From Trichoplax adhaerens (Eukaryota > Animalia > Placozoa): DNA of 64,000 bases. The notes under the pieces were generated by a model. The model made no database searches, was not told the origin of the DNA, and saw only the letters and a list, made by a program, of their open reading frames with translations. Location: NCBI RefSeq assembly GCF_000150275.1, contig NW_002060951.1:2256323-2320322 (forward strand), read 5' to 3'. The position numbers and the translations under genes were made by a program. Below are positions 9,563 to 21,067 of the stretch, piece by piece; within the stretch, counting starts at the first letter, position 1; each line of letters starts with the position of its first letter.

Positions 9563-12500
9563 ATGCCTTCTGTCTTGCTGTTATACAGCTCGAAGGGAAA
9601 GGAGTGCGGAAATTCATCAACTTCTGAAAGGTTGAGGTAATAAGGAAATTAAGATATTTACAATGAATATCTTACACGTACGTTAACGTTAAACTACCTC
9701 AGTATTACTAATGATAATTGTGTGTGTATTTACTATTACTTTCACAAGCGTTTATCTACTAATAATATATGGATATTTATCATTGACAGTTGATTGAATG
9801 TAAAGCATTAGGATCTGTCGTAAATTTCTTGATATTCTACGTACAGTACTATACGTAGAGCTAAGAAAGGTTCGGTTATAACTAATTAGATTATTCAGTT
9901 TTAGTTGTCTTAGGTATTTCGTTTATAAATTCAATGTAGGGGTTATGAATGATCATACTAAGATAGTGCATACTGTACAGAACAGTGTATAGTATCTTAG
10001 TATGATCATGCACTGAAATAGAATCTAATCTAATAGCACCTCAAAATTATTTCACGAAAACTCTTGAAATCTTAACAATAATATTATCATTCAATGAGGC
10101 TGATCATCACTTTGTGATTCTGTGCTATATTGTTGTAATTGCTGATAGATTATAATTATAGAACAGACTTAAAAATCACTAGACCATTAATGTAGTAAAA
10201 ATAGGTAGAACATTAGTCTGTATTCCAGGGTCATTCTGAGTAACATGTCTTCTTGTATTGGAGAAATTTACCTAGCCAATAAATCGTCGAGTCTCTAGAA
10301 ATTGACTTGTTGTGTATTCTCTAAATCCGTATTTTAGATATACTGTACTTTACTGTACATTGATGAATTATAATGGCTCATTTAGAAAATTTGTTTGTAT
10401 TCACTTTCGCCTATGTTTTAACTAGGAAATTCTAGTAGACCGTGGTTTTAGACACGCATTGATGAATTATAATATCTGCTTATTTAGGAAACTTTTAAAC
10501 CATGCAGGAATCGGATGCACATGTAAACAAATCGCTGACTTTACTGGTGCACCATCACTAAACAATTACCTCCAAGGAAATCATTTTAATTGTGTTATTG
10601 GCATTCATGCTTATCGAACTGGCAATTTGTTGATTAGTAAGCCAAACTACGAAAGAATCCTTATTGTAACTATCGTATTATACTGTAAAGGAATAAATAA
10701 TGAACTGTTCGCCGTGTCTGAGAGTAGACGTATTAAAAGCCAGAAAGATAATAAGCTTATATATAATTTGTTGTTGTGACTATAAAATACTACAGTTCCA
10801 TTTCGAATCCAAATAATATCGATTAACTCTATTGAAATTTTAATGTAATCCTACTTACAATAATTGATTGATCACTCTAAGTAATGATACAGGTAAAGAT
10901 TCTGAGTTAACTAATAGCGCTAGTAGCTTGCCAATGTATTCCTAATATTTTTGACAAGCACGCACAATTACGTCTACTTTCTTCTAGGCTGCTGCCTACC
11001 ATATGCCATAGTTTTTGCAGGTACTGACCTGAACACGCACATTCACGATGCTAAGAAAATGCCTATTATCACTGAAGCCGTTCTTGGGGCTAGGTACTAA
11101 TAAATTGTAATTAATTTGTGATATAACTGATGTTAGTATGAAATCTAACCTCGAGAAATTAACTAAACTTTCAGAATCATTCCTTTTCATATTGCATGCA
11201 CTTTTTTTGATATATTTTTTACAAGGTATTTAGTTAGTACATATATTTAGTCAGAATTGTACAGCTATTCGTATATCAATAAAATTGAGCTACTTTCGGT
11301 TTGTATTCTTGTGGATTACTGTTAGTGCAGTATAAATATATTAAAAAACAGATTATTGATTGATAGGATATTATTTCCGATATTACATAAGAGAATTACT
11401 CAGTTTATTTTTGTCTACTACAGATACTTAATTGCGTTTACCCGCTCTCATTTTAATCTAGCTATGGCTCAATGGGTGAGAGGATAAAATAAGTTTTCTT
11501 ATATAACCTTAAAAATATTGCAATCTAAACAAATGTTATATATATTTGTACCATGATATATTTTCTGATCCCGGAATATGTAGCCAACACAAATAAATAA
11601 CATTATTAAACAACCACAAAGTAAGACATAGCCTAGTAATACTAACGTAATGTAGATGATTAAAATTTAAATATTCATTTCTTATAACTGTGTAAAGACT
11701 ACAGTCTTAATTGATTCCCTACTCCCAGTAATATTTCCATAAACCCTTTTTTACATCTACCTTCAAGGTGTTGTTACAAACCCACAAAATACGTTTTCTT
11801 TTAAAGCCCATTTACAAGAGAAATTGGGTAAGTAACCTTTAAGACAATGGATCTTAATAGAACATTTAATCATGTTTCTATAAATATTACAATATTATAT
11901 TTGCTTCCTGCTATAATTTTTTGCTCGGTTCTGATAATGTACCAAACTCATCCTTTAGCTGGAATTTTTTAAGTTTGATAACAATAAATCAGTTATCAAT
12001 GGAATGTTACTCGCTTATAAACAGTCCGTCACCACCGCATTAATTTTGAATTTTCTTCCTAGGCATGCAAGAACAAAATCTACAAAACATCGTAAGATTA
12101 ATCGAGTACTAAGTCACATTGTAATAGTCTCTCAGTGTTATGAATACTATAATTAGTGGTGAATATTTAATAACAAAAATACCGATAAAGTTTCTGTTGC
12201 AACCTGAATGAGAGATATAGACTTATAAAACAACGGACTATCATCAACTACCATGCCCAATATGCAATTTTGCATGATTTTAACCAAGTTGAAAATTTTC
12301 AATCCTGTATAGACTATCTTTCTATTAGTTGCTGGCATACGACCAATAAAAGATCCTCTATTCTTAGCTGATGCTGTTTCAGGTTATTTAAATAGTAACT
12401 TGTTGCACGATTGTTAGAAGCTAATTTTAGAATATCCTATCTCGACACTTTACAGAATGGCATCGGAAAGATCCGTCAATTTATCTCGTTATAATAGGAC

Positions 12501-13306
12501 CTGAGGTAATAAACTTGTTATTTTGTGCTGCTATTTTTGAGTATAACATTTATTACCAGTACAACAGCTAAATAGATGTACTTCGAGTCTAGATCGATAC
12601 GGAATTCTCTTATAAGATGAAAGAAAATCTTTTACGGTATAGATAGAAATATAGTGCTAACGAAAACATCGATTTATATTTTTATATGCATTTTAATTTT
12701 GTTGCTTCTGTTCTGAACCTATGTAAATTTTTAGATATACTGGAGTTTATTATGTAGACTCAATTCCTCAACCAAAATTACATATGGCCTTGAGACAGTG
12801 TACAGCGTTAGTTAATTCTTCAATAAATGAAGGAATGTGTGGAGTGATCTTAGAGGTACTTCATAGTTTTTCAGGGTACAATTAAAATATCCCAGGAATT
12901 ATTAGGATCTACTTTGCCTTAAAATTATAATGAAATACTTAACATTAATTTAACCAAATAATTTCATAGGCTATGAATCTCGGTACCCCAGTAATTGCTC
13001 GAAGAAATGCGGGAAATTGCGAAATTGTTGATCATCTTAAAACAGGGTTATTATTTAATACACCAGAGGTAATATTCCCAATCTAACAAGTATAATTTGT
13101 ATAACATTAAACATATGATGTAATCTTCTCTCTTTATGAAATTGTAGGAATTTATAGGTTTAGCAAAATATCTATTGTCTTCACATCAACTAAGAGATGC
13201 TTTAGTCAGACACGCTGTTAATTATGTTGAAGCAGAGCATTCTTTATCCGAAGAGATGGAGACTTACTGTAATATCGTTCATACTATATCCGGTAAAGGC
13301 TTATAG
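9563..13306 (+). CDS. GLT1D1: Glycosyltransferase 1 domain-containing protein 1 (GLT1D1)-like gene. 13 coding exons: 9563..9636, 10488..10636, 10988..11093, 11424..11475, 11584..11620, 11768..11827, 12063..12091, 12313..12382, 12456..12505, 12593..12636, 12735..12855, 12970..13068, 13148..13306. The CDS is 1050 nt (349 aa)
   Basis: All junctions are GT-AG and phase-consistent, and the exon lengths sum to 1050. The translation follows my recollection of human GLT1D1 throughout: MPSVLLLYSSKGKECGNSSTSERLR / KLLNHAGIGCTCKQIADF...NCVIGIHAYRTGNLL / CLPYAIVFAGTDLNTHIHDAKKMPIITEAVLGAR / YLIAFTRSHFNLAMAQW / ...TNPQNTFSFKAHLQEKL / GMQEQNLQNI / TIFLLVAGIRPIKDPLFLADAVS / EWHRKDPSIYLVIIGPE / IDTEFSYKMKENLL / RYTGVYYVDSIPQPKLHMALRQCTALVNSSINEGMCGVILE / AMNLGTPVIARRNAGNCEIVDHLKTGLLFNTPE / EFIGLAKYLL...TISGKGL*. 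The matching human segments are FGVIFGGTDVN, NVHLVILGPE and [29 protein letters not shown]. Confidence 0.8.
9949..10009. repeat. Inverted repeat with 17-bp arms around a 27-bp loop that itself contains a GTAC palindrome. It is located in GLT1D1-like intron 1
   Basis: The arms are atgatcatactaagata ... tatcttagtatgatcat. The loop is gtgcatactgtacagaacagtgtatag. Confidence 0.7.
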
Positions 13307-13828
13307 TTACAGATTTACACTGCCTATAACGAATGAATAACCTGCTACATTATTTAGCTTTATAGCAATGACATGACTCGGGCATGTAAGTTAGTATCTT
13401 TGTATACATACAGTAATATATTTTGGTCAGTAATATCTTATCAAGAATGTGGTTACTATCCAATATTTATATTGTACTTCATTCATGTTTTTATCTATAA
13501 AATTTAAGCAACTTATAGCTCCTTATGCTTTATTACGATAACACACTGTATTGAGACAGTGTACGTATAAGAGCAACCCAGAGTTTTACAGAGCAAATAT
13601 ATATATATTTTTATTGATACACTGCATTCATTGGTATTTAAACATTTATTATGATACAATGTTATATGGAGTAAAATAGGTAACGGAACTAACATAAAAA
13701 TACACATTATGTGCTTCTCTTAATTTAAACGCTGTACACTATCAGAATGTGTTATCTTCTCCATCTGAAAAAATGAAATAAAATATTTCTTCAATGATAT
13801 AACGTAAATTTACAACTAAGTAGCTATA

Positions 13829-16800
13829 TCACAAAAATCTATAAGCATACAATTTCAGAACTCTATCTTTTCCTCCACTTGCAACTTTTTCTCCATCAGG
13901 GCTCCAATCAATAGCATAAACCTGTTAAAATGGAATTAGAACGTTGCAATTGGATGACTTATAAAACCTTTCACATACATAAAAGATATTGCAACTAACC
14001 TCATCAGCATGACCCGGTAAATCCATGTGTAACTTCTTACTCTTCACATCCCATACCTGTCATAAGTATTACACATTACTGAAAAGTATACTGACGGTAT
14101 TATCATGAGATAAATAACATGACACCTACTTTTAATGTGCTGTCTGCACTGCTACTCAAAAACAGCCGACTGTCAGCTGACCAAGACACCTAAAACAATT
14201 TATAAGTTGTTATCTTTAAAAGCCTATGAATGCATGTTTAATTAAGTAATCTGTAATTAGGGGAACCTGATACACTGACTTTACATGGCCACGTAAAGAT
14301 GTAATGAATCTAAGTATGGCAGAAGAGTATGTATAAGTCTCTAGCTATCGTGATAGCAATAATCTAAAGCTTTAATTGGTAAGTGAATCAAGTCATCCAA
14401 CTATCAACATTCGGTCATACCTTCCAGTGATGCCATCCCATAGTTTAACCGATTTATCAAAGGAAGCGCTGGCAATTAACCGCGTGTCCGGCGAAAAGCA
14501 TACCATATTTACAAGTTGTTGATGACCTACGATTAAGCAGTAATACACAACAAACGACGGATTGATTTAGTAGCGAGTCAGTTTCTAAAATAAAATATTA
14601 TACCCATAAACGGATCATTCCGTACCCGTCATGCGAGCTATCGGCGTTTTTTCTTTAGCAGGATGCCATAAAAACAAAGTGTAATCGTCAGATCCAGAAA
14701 CCATAAGTTCTTTCCCCGTTAGTTTCTGTTATATGAGTGAATCAATTGTTAGTAAAGTTATATGATTATTTTCAGCTACTCTAAAATAATCTTCCAAAAC
14801 TGTAATGCCCAATTGCGGTAAAATAAATTGTACAGACATACGAGAGCTAAGTTATATTTTTGAAGGGATTTTTCTTGACGATTTTTCTCTGTTGTGAAAA
14901 GTAACAATATTATCAGTTAGGCACCCGAATATCAAAAGTAAATTTCATATAGGAACACATTAAGACTCATATCTTACTTCCTCCTACTAATAATTTCTCT
15001 CCCTTAGCCGGATCATATGCACCAATACGCATGGCGTAGTCCGTATTTAAAGCCATAGTGTTAACCTATAAAATTAAAATATCGAAGGTATAAATAATAA
15101 TAAACATAAATAAAATCAGGGATTACTGTTCCAATATCGTTTACGCGTATAAATGATATTAAATACTATTAAAGTAGGATTACACACCCAATGTCCATGA
15201 CCTTGAAGGGTTCTGCATAAAATTCCCTAATTTAATTACAGTTATGTAACATTTATTTTTAATAAAATATTTTAATAGTCGATATAATTAGTTTACAAGT
15301 TTAAAAATACTAAAGTCAACTTTAATGCATCACTAACATCGCTCGCCCTCCAAACTTTTATAGTTCTGTCTTGGGAAGAAGTATATATTAAACCTTCACC
15401 GCCCCATTTCACACAAGTGACACATTGTAGATGTCCAGAAAGTACATATTTCGTTATACCAGTTACGGTATCCCATACTCGTACAGAAGCATCCTATCGT
15501 ACATACAGTAAGCTACGTTTATAAGTGCGCGAATAACTGATTTAAACTCTATAATGCCATATGAATAACTAGCCTTCGAAGAACTTGCTAAAAAGCGGCA
15601 GTCGGAATCTCTATTAAAACATCGTAATTGAGAAAAAATTATGTATGGTAGAACAAACATAATTTACTTATGATTGCGGATTAAAAGAGTACTTAGTCTA
15701 GCGTACTATTCTACTGTGTAACGAACTTGTGCATAGGTTCCCAGCTTAAGTAAGTAATCCACTGTTTGTGTCCTACTAAAACGTGCCCAATCTGTTTTCC
15801 GGTTTTGGGATCCCATAGGCAAATCTATACATAAATTTTATTTCCATTAAAAAGCTCCAATTGATCAGGTATCGCTAAACAGTGATATTAGCAGATATAC
15901 ACAACACTACAGTAAAATTTATAACATACCTCTCCTTTCTTACATCCTGAAGCTAACTTTTCTCCATCTGGTGACCAAGCAATAGATAGTATCCAATGTT
16001 TATGACCTGTAGAGTCATAACATGCAAGTTAGCATACGAATTTAAATCATTCCAGAAATTTCATTACAGGTACATGAGATAAACCTTTGCAAGTATAATC
16101 TGGAGTTTCGGTATTGATGTCCCAAAATCTAACCGTAGTATCACCAGATCCACTTGCAAGGTAGCTAAAAGACAAAAGAATTTTCAAATTCGACTTTATC
16201 CACGGTTCTTCTTATCAGATAACTATTTACAGTAGTTACCTGCCATCAGGACTGTAGGCAACAGATATTACAGCTTCGGTATGACCTGGTACGAAACGGC
16301 AATCATCAATAATTTATAACACGCGTACATTAAATGGCCTGAAATAGATTTACATGACACTACAACAATTAAAGGTCAAATATTAAGCATTCTATTTGCT
16401 TGTACTATACCTGGTAAAGTACTACTACATCGTGTAACTGACTTAACCCGAAATACGGCCTGAGGTTGGTAAACTATCTCTATAATACTTTCTGTATCAA
16501 CATTTTTTGCAGTGATAGTAGTTTGCAGGTCATCCAATATTTCTTCATTATTGAGATAAAAAGCGTAAGGTGTTGAATCATCCTACATTACAGGGATTAC
16601 AAGTGAGTATAGCTTATTTAGACAAATCGACGATAATACATACTTAATTATAAATTCTATTTTTCAAAGTCGAAAAACTCAGCTGAATAGATAACCATAA
16701 TACAATCTTACCTCATTTATAACAGCATTACAAATCAATTGAAGGCGTTTGACATCTACTTCGATCGGGACGTCTAGGGGAGAACCGACTAATTCGCCAG

Positions 16801-16899
16801 TTTCGCTCTTGAATTGCACTAAAATACGTTTATCTGTATTCGAGCTTGGATCACTAGTGGAATACAGTACGTTAGTAAAGTGAAACCATTTCAGATGTA
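13829..16899 (-). CDS. NLE1: Notchless homologue (NLE1), a WD40-repeat ribosome-biogenesis factor. Minus-strand exons listed 3' to 5': 13829..13921, 14000..14056, 14130..14189, 14267..14309, 14421..14526, 14626..14725, 14842..14888, 14978..15065, 15188..15226, 15338..15493, 15574..15610, 15727..15824, 15930..16006, 16085..16164, 16240..16285, 16411..16582, 16712..16899. The 5' end and start codon are not resolved
   Basis: The spliced translation is collinear with my recollection of human NLE1 from the NLE domain to the C-terminus. Matching stretches: ...GSPLDVPIEVDVKRLQLICNAVINE / DDSTPYAFYLNNEEILDDLQTTITAKNVDTESIIEIVYQPQAVFRVKSVTRCSSTLPGHTEAVISVAYSPDGSYLASGSGDTTVRFWDINTETPDYTCKGHKHWILSIAWSPDGEKLASGCKKGEICLWDPKTGKQIGHVLVGHKQWITYLSWEPMHK / DSDCRFLASSSK / DASVRVWDTVTGITKYVLSGHLQCVTCVKWGGEGLIYTSSQDRTIKVWRASDGILCRTLQGHGHWVNTMALNTDYAMRIGAYDPAKG...KNRQEKSLQKYNLALKLTGKELMVSGSDDYTLFLWHPAKEKTPIARMTGHQQLVNMVCFSPDTRLIASASFDKSVKLWDGITGRFITSLRGHVKSVYQVSWSADSRLFLSSSADSTLKVWDVKSKKLHMDLPGHADEVYAIDWSPDGEKVASGGKDRVLKL...*. 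All intron phases are consistent. One intron (15494..15573) appears to use a GC donor. The first listed exon has no in-frame ATG, because there is an in-frame stop at 16900-16902. The initiator must therefore lie in an unresolved upstream exon. Confidence 0.88.
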
Positions 16900-18167
16900 T
16901 CGCACAAATTTAACGTTTAGCGGAAGTATGATTAATAATATGAAAACATACTGTACATTGCAGCACAGTAATATAATATAAGAACTGTTAAATTATCATT
17001 GCAAATAAAATTGACTTGTTTGATAAGCATTTATACGTAGTAGCATCTATCATTGGTCAAAAGTATAATAAATGTCCTTGTATATGGTAGTACGTATACC
17101 AATAACTGGTTTCTACTGTTATTAACGGAATAAAAATAATGTAAGAATTGCAAATCTTAGTATATCAAAGCATCGTACCGTACCTACAGTATGATCAGAA
17201 ATTTATTTCTATACGAAGACACCTTAAACATGAATGTTCTACAGGTACAGTAATGAATAGAGATGCAACTAGTGACAACCTGACAACATGTCCTCGTGAT
17301 TGATGATAAAATTAGGTTATCTCATTGAGATATTATAATGATATATATACTAATTAATGCATCATTGACATCGAGATTTACAGTAAATATATCATCGGTG
17401 AACTGATCTGAGCTTGTTGCAGTTGCATCTTACAATGCATACACTATTCTACTGTATAAGATCCTTAAAAGGTGTGAGCTCATTATTGCAACTCGTTTTA
17501 TATTCATATTTCGCAACACAATGTCCTAAAAGTAAGTCATTATAATACATCCAAATGCAGTACAGTACGCAGTAAATATTGAAGACTCATTGACAAGGTA
17601 AGCTTTTAAGACTGCAATCAATGCGCCTAACAGTCACTCATTAATAACTGATAAAATCAATAAATCAGTACTTGCAAACTACAGTATGTGTACAAATGGA
17701 AGTACAATGTAATCGGATTATAATTACGGTATTTATCAGTCGTATTACAGAACTACCTATCTTCCAATTCAATATGTTACAGTGTTACTGGACAAGTACA
17801 CATGCTCTACAATTCCGTTAGCCATATAAATTGGTGTAATTAATCATGGCATCAAACATGTTTCCCTGTTCTAAGGCATGTTTCTAGCTTTCAGAGTTTT
17901 GAAGTCTACAAGCATTTGCATAAGCGTTTTTGCATTGCTGGGTGGTGAGTTGTGCTGCACCAAACTCAAACGGATACAGTACTACACGAAAGATTGAAAA
18001 ACATTCTACAGCTATCCCAAGCAAGGCAAATCAACAGCTAACCTCATAATGTCATGGAAATTTATCGTTAATCGTTCAGCTTTAAAAAATATTACCAAAT
18101 TTACACATCTAATCTACCATGTACAGCAGTGTCTGCAACTTAGCAACTTCTTTATTTCACTTCGAAG

Positions 18168-18560
18168 TAGAGTACTGTACGTACTGTACACTGTACAGTA
18201 CAGTACAGTCACCTCACTTGACTGTACGCTTGCACAGTAGCCAAAAAATTTTAAATTTCATAGTGTTCACTGTACTGTACAGTGTACAGTACTGTAAGTT
18301 GGAGTACTTTGTACTGTACTGTACTGTACTGTACGTTCAAGACTAAACTGCACGTGCCAACAAATCGATATTGTGATGTGACGTGGCGACTAAAAGCGTA
18401 CAGTATTCCAGTACTGTATTGTACTGTACTGTACTGTAGTGCTGTGCAATGAGTGTCCATACAGTACAGTACACTGTACAGAACAGTACAACTTCTCGTT
18501 AACGAATGATCTCGATAAATTTCTTTTTCTTTCTCATACTGTACTGTACACTGTACGTAG
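18168..18560. repeat. Large GTACT/GTACA palindromic array cluster in the NLE1/TMED2 divergent intergenic region
   Basis: Runs include gtactgtacgtactgtacactgtacagtacagtacag, actgtactgtacagtgtacagtactgt, gtactgtactgtactgtactgtacg and gtactgtactgtactgtag...acagtacagtacactgtacagaacagtaca. Spurious Y/S/T/V-rich ORFs (18049-18595) are translations of this repeat. Confidence 0.8.
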
Positions 18561-18715
18561 CGAAATGGATCAGCGCGATTATTTGATGTATACAATATTT
18601 TATCTTGCCAAACTATAAACTACTGCACTTTAAGCAGATATACAGTTTTATGGGTTTTATTCGAAAATAAATCATAAAAATATTCACTGACTTATCTAGA
18701 AAGAAATTCTACACC

Positions 18716-18886
18716 ATGTACTGTACAGTAAATGAAAGGGAAGATCTACTGTACTGTACACTGTACTGTACGTACTGTATAGTACTGTACTGTAATGGAT
18801 GAGTTGATATTCGTATTACTGTACTGTACTGTACAGTACAGTACAGTACAGTATAATACTGTACCGTACAGTACAGCTGTAGTAAC
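18716..18886. repeat. GTACT/GTACA palindromic array with clear (CTGTA)n(CAGTA)n dyad symmetry. It ends about 110 bp upstream of the TMED2 ATG
   Basis: The sequence reads tactgtactgtacactgtactgtacgtactgtatagtactgtactgtaa ... ttactgtactgtactgtacagtacagtacagtacagtataatactgtaccgtacagtacagctg. Confidence 0.8.
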
Positions 18887-18993
18887 CCATCGAAGGCTTT
18901 TTACTGTAGCCTTATTATGATATTTTTTATCATATGAGATTGATAAAGAAGGCTAGAAGTAGCTGTAATTTAGAATAAGAGTAGCTAAGCAAG

Positions 18994-21067
18994 ATGAAAT
19001 CCTGTAAAATATTGGTTGCTATCTTACTACTCTTCGTCAGTAACTGCCATGGATACATGGTTCGCATTGATGCTGATTCAGAAGAATGTTTTACGGAGAA
19101 AGTTAGCGGCGGTTCTAAAATGGAACTAACTTTCGAAGTTTCGGAGGGTGGTTTCCTGGACATTGATATCAAGGTAAAGCTTTTTAATTCATTATATTGT
19201 ATATTATCCTACAATACGTAGCAGTAACCGAGAATTATGAATTTAATTTTCGCTTCTTTCTCATTTTACTCTTTACTATTAAGTCTGTAACGAATACCAT
19301 AGTTAAAAAAAGGATATTTACAGCTTCTCATGGTACTTAGTTACAGCACTGTACAGTGTACACTATACTTTACTCTACTGTACTGTAATTCACGTACGTC
19401 TAAAAACGGAGACGCTTTAATAAAGGACAAGAAAGGGCAATTTATAACTCAATGGATTGGATACATCTAGAATGTACAATTTATACTGTAACATTGGAAA
19501 CTGTTATTCATACATCCGTAATGTTTTAAATTTGGGAGTAAAGCATTTGGAAACTTCAACCGTATGTACAGTACAGTACAATACAGTTACGATTCCAGCT
19601 AAAGATGCCATCATTACTTTGTTCTCTGTCAGTTGCATACAATAAATACATTAATCGAAGATTTAAGATTAAAATGGATAAAAAATGTTGAATTTTTGGC
19701 TGTAGCATAACTCTGCAAATACAGCTTTTTTCGATTACAGAAGCTCATAGTCGGATTTACGCAGAATTATCATCAGATTTACGATAAAGAAATTATTATA
19801 AAAATGTTGTAGCCTGCTATATTATATTGTCCTCACATAATCCAAGATATGCCGAAGTAGAGATACTAATGACTTTTGTAGCGGTGAATATAGCGCAATA
19901 TCAGTAAAATATACAGTAACTTAAAGCCATTTGACTCTAGGATACTTGATCATATCTGCATCCATGATATATTATACTCTATGACGCAGTATACAGTAAC
20001 TAATTGTAAGAATGTTATAATTTGGCTAAAAGATACATGTGAGACAGTGGTTGCTCTTTTGAACTAGTATCTCCACTAATATGCGGACGTAGTGGAAACA
20101 CTATACTGTACAGTAATGTATTTTGCAGGAATCCTAACCGTACCGTATCTAGCACCATATTATCTGCGTTGCGAAAGTGATGTCGCATTGCATGAAATTT
20201 TAAGTCACTAATGTCTACTTTTAAACCTTCAAAAGGTGACAGCACCAGATGGTAGTGATATCTATCGTGGAGAACGTGAATCAAGTGGCAAATATGTCTT
20301 CGCGGCGCCTGTGGATGGTGTCTACACTTACTGTTTTGGTAACAAAATGTCAACTCTTACTCCAAAAACGGTAGTGTTTTCGTTAGAGGTTGAAGTAAGA
20401 AAAGATCCTGCTGCTGTCAAAGACGACGAAAAAGATAAAGACGGTATCAACCAATAGGAAATAGCTTTACTAAATTACGTTCTGTTTTATGCTTTACTGC
20501 CTAATCTCTATTGTACAGTATATATGAAGCTGTAGTTCTTATACTATTACTGTAAGATTGCGGGACAATCAGGCACGACAATGCTCGTACTACATTAAAC
20601 TCTTATGGAACGACCTTCATTTAATGATCTCATGTTTTACTATTATACCATAGCCAACCACAGCCAGCTCGATAGTATGCTTACTCAGCTATCGGTTTCA
20701 CTCAGCAGTGTTAAACATGAACAAGAATACATGCAAATTCGAGAAAGAATACATCGGGAGAGTAAGTTATCAAAAACCAGTATGATTACGTATGCTTAAC
20801 ATTGCAAATGCGATATTCGCACTGTGTGTGGTATGTTACCGTTTCAAATGTTGACTATTTCCATACAAAATGATATGTGGATTGGTACGTACAGTATTTA
20901 ATGTTACTAATGAAGTAAATTTATCTTTTAAATTTTATTTAGTCAACGATAATACGAACTCAAGAGTTGTGTGGTGGTCGTTCTTTGAAAGTCTTATTTT
21001 GGTATTTATGACCCTTGGCCAAGTATATTATCTGAAAAGATTCTTCGAAGTCAGAAGGGTTATCTAA
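18994..21067 (+). CDS. TMED2: Transmembrane emp24 domain protein 2 (TMED2/p24-beta1)-like cargo receptor. Exons 18994..19173, 20236..20443, 20653..20760, 20943..21067 (621 nt, 206 aa)
   Basis: A signal peptide is followed by the GOLD domain: [60 protein letters not shown] / [57 protein letters not shown]... / [36 protein letters not shown] / [41 protein letters not shown]. The C-terminal 60 residues are nearly identical to the recalled human TMED2 sequence ([59 protein letters not shown]). Junctions are phase-consistent GT-AG. Confidence 0.85.

Larger units (their letters stand above)
16900..18993. promoter_or_regulatory. Divergent intergenic region between NLE1 (minus) and TMED2 (plus). It is dominated by GTACT/GTACA palindromic arrays
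   Basis: The 5' ends of the two genes face each other. The arrays at 18168-18560 and 18716-18886 end about 110 bp before the TMED2 ATG (18994). Confidence 0.4.

Noticed and set aside
18049-18595. ORFs 18049-18240, 18119-18346 and 18251-18595. Similar ORFs occur at 34434-34652 and 41713-41913. All encode Y/S/T/V/Q-rich peptides
   Set aside because: They are translations of the GTACT/GTACA arrays (TVQYSTVQ... periodicity). They are open only because the repeat lacks stop codons in some frames.
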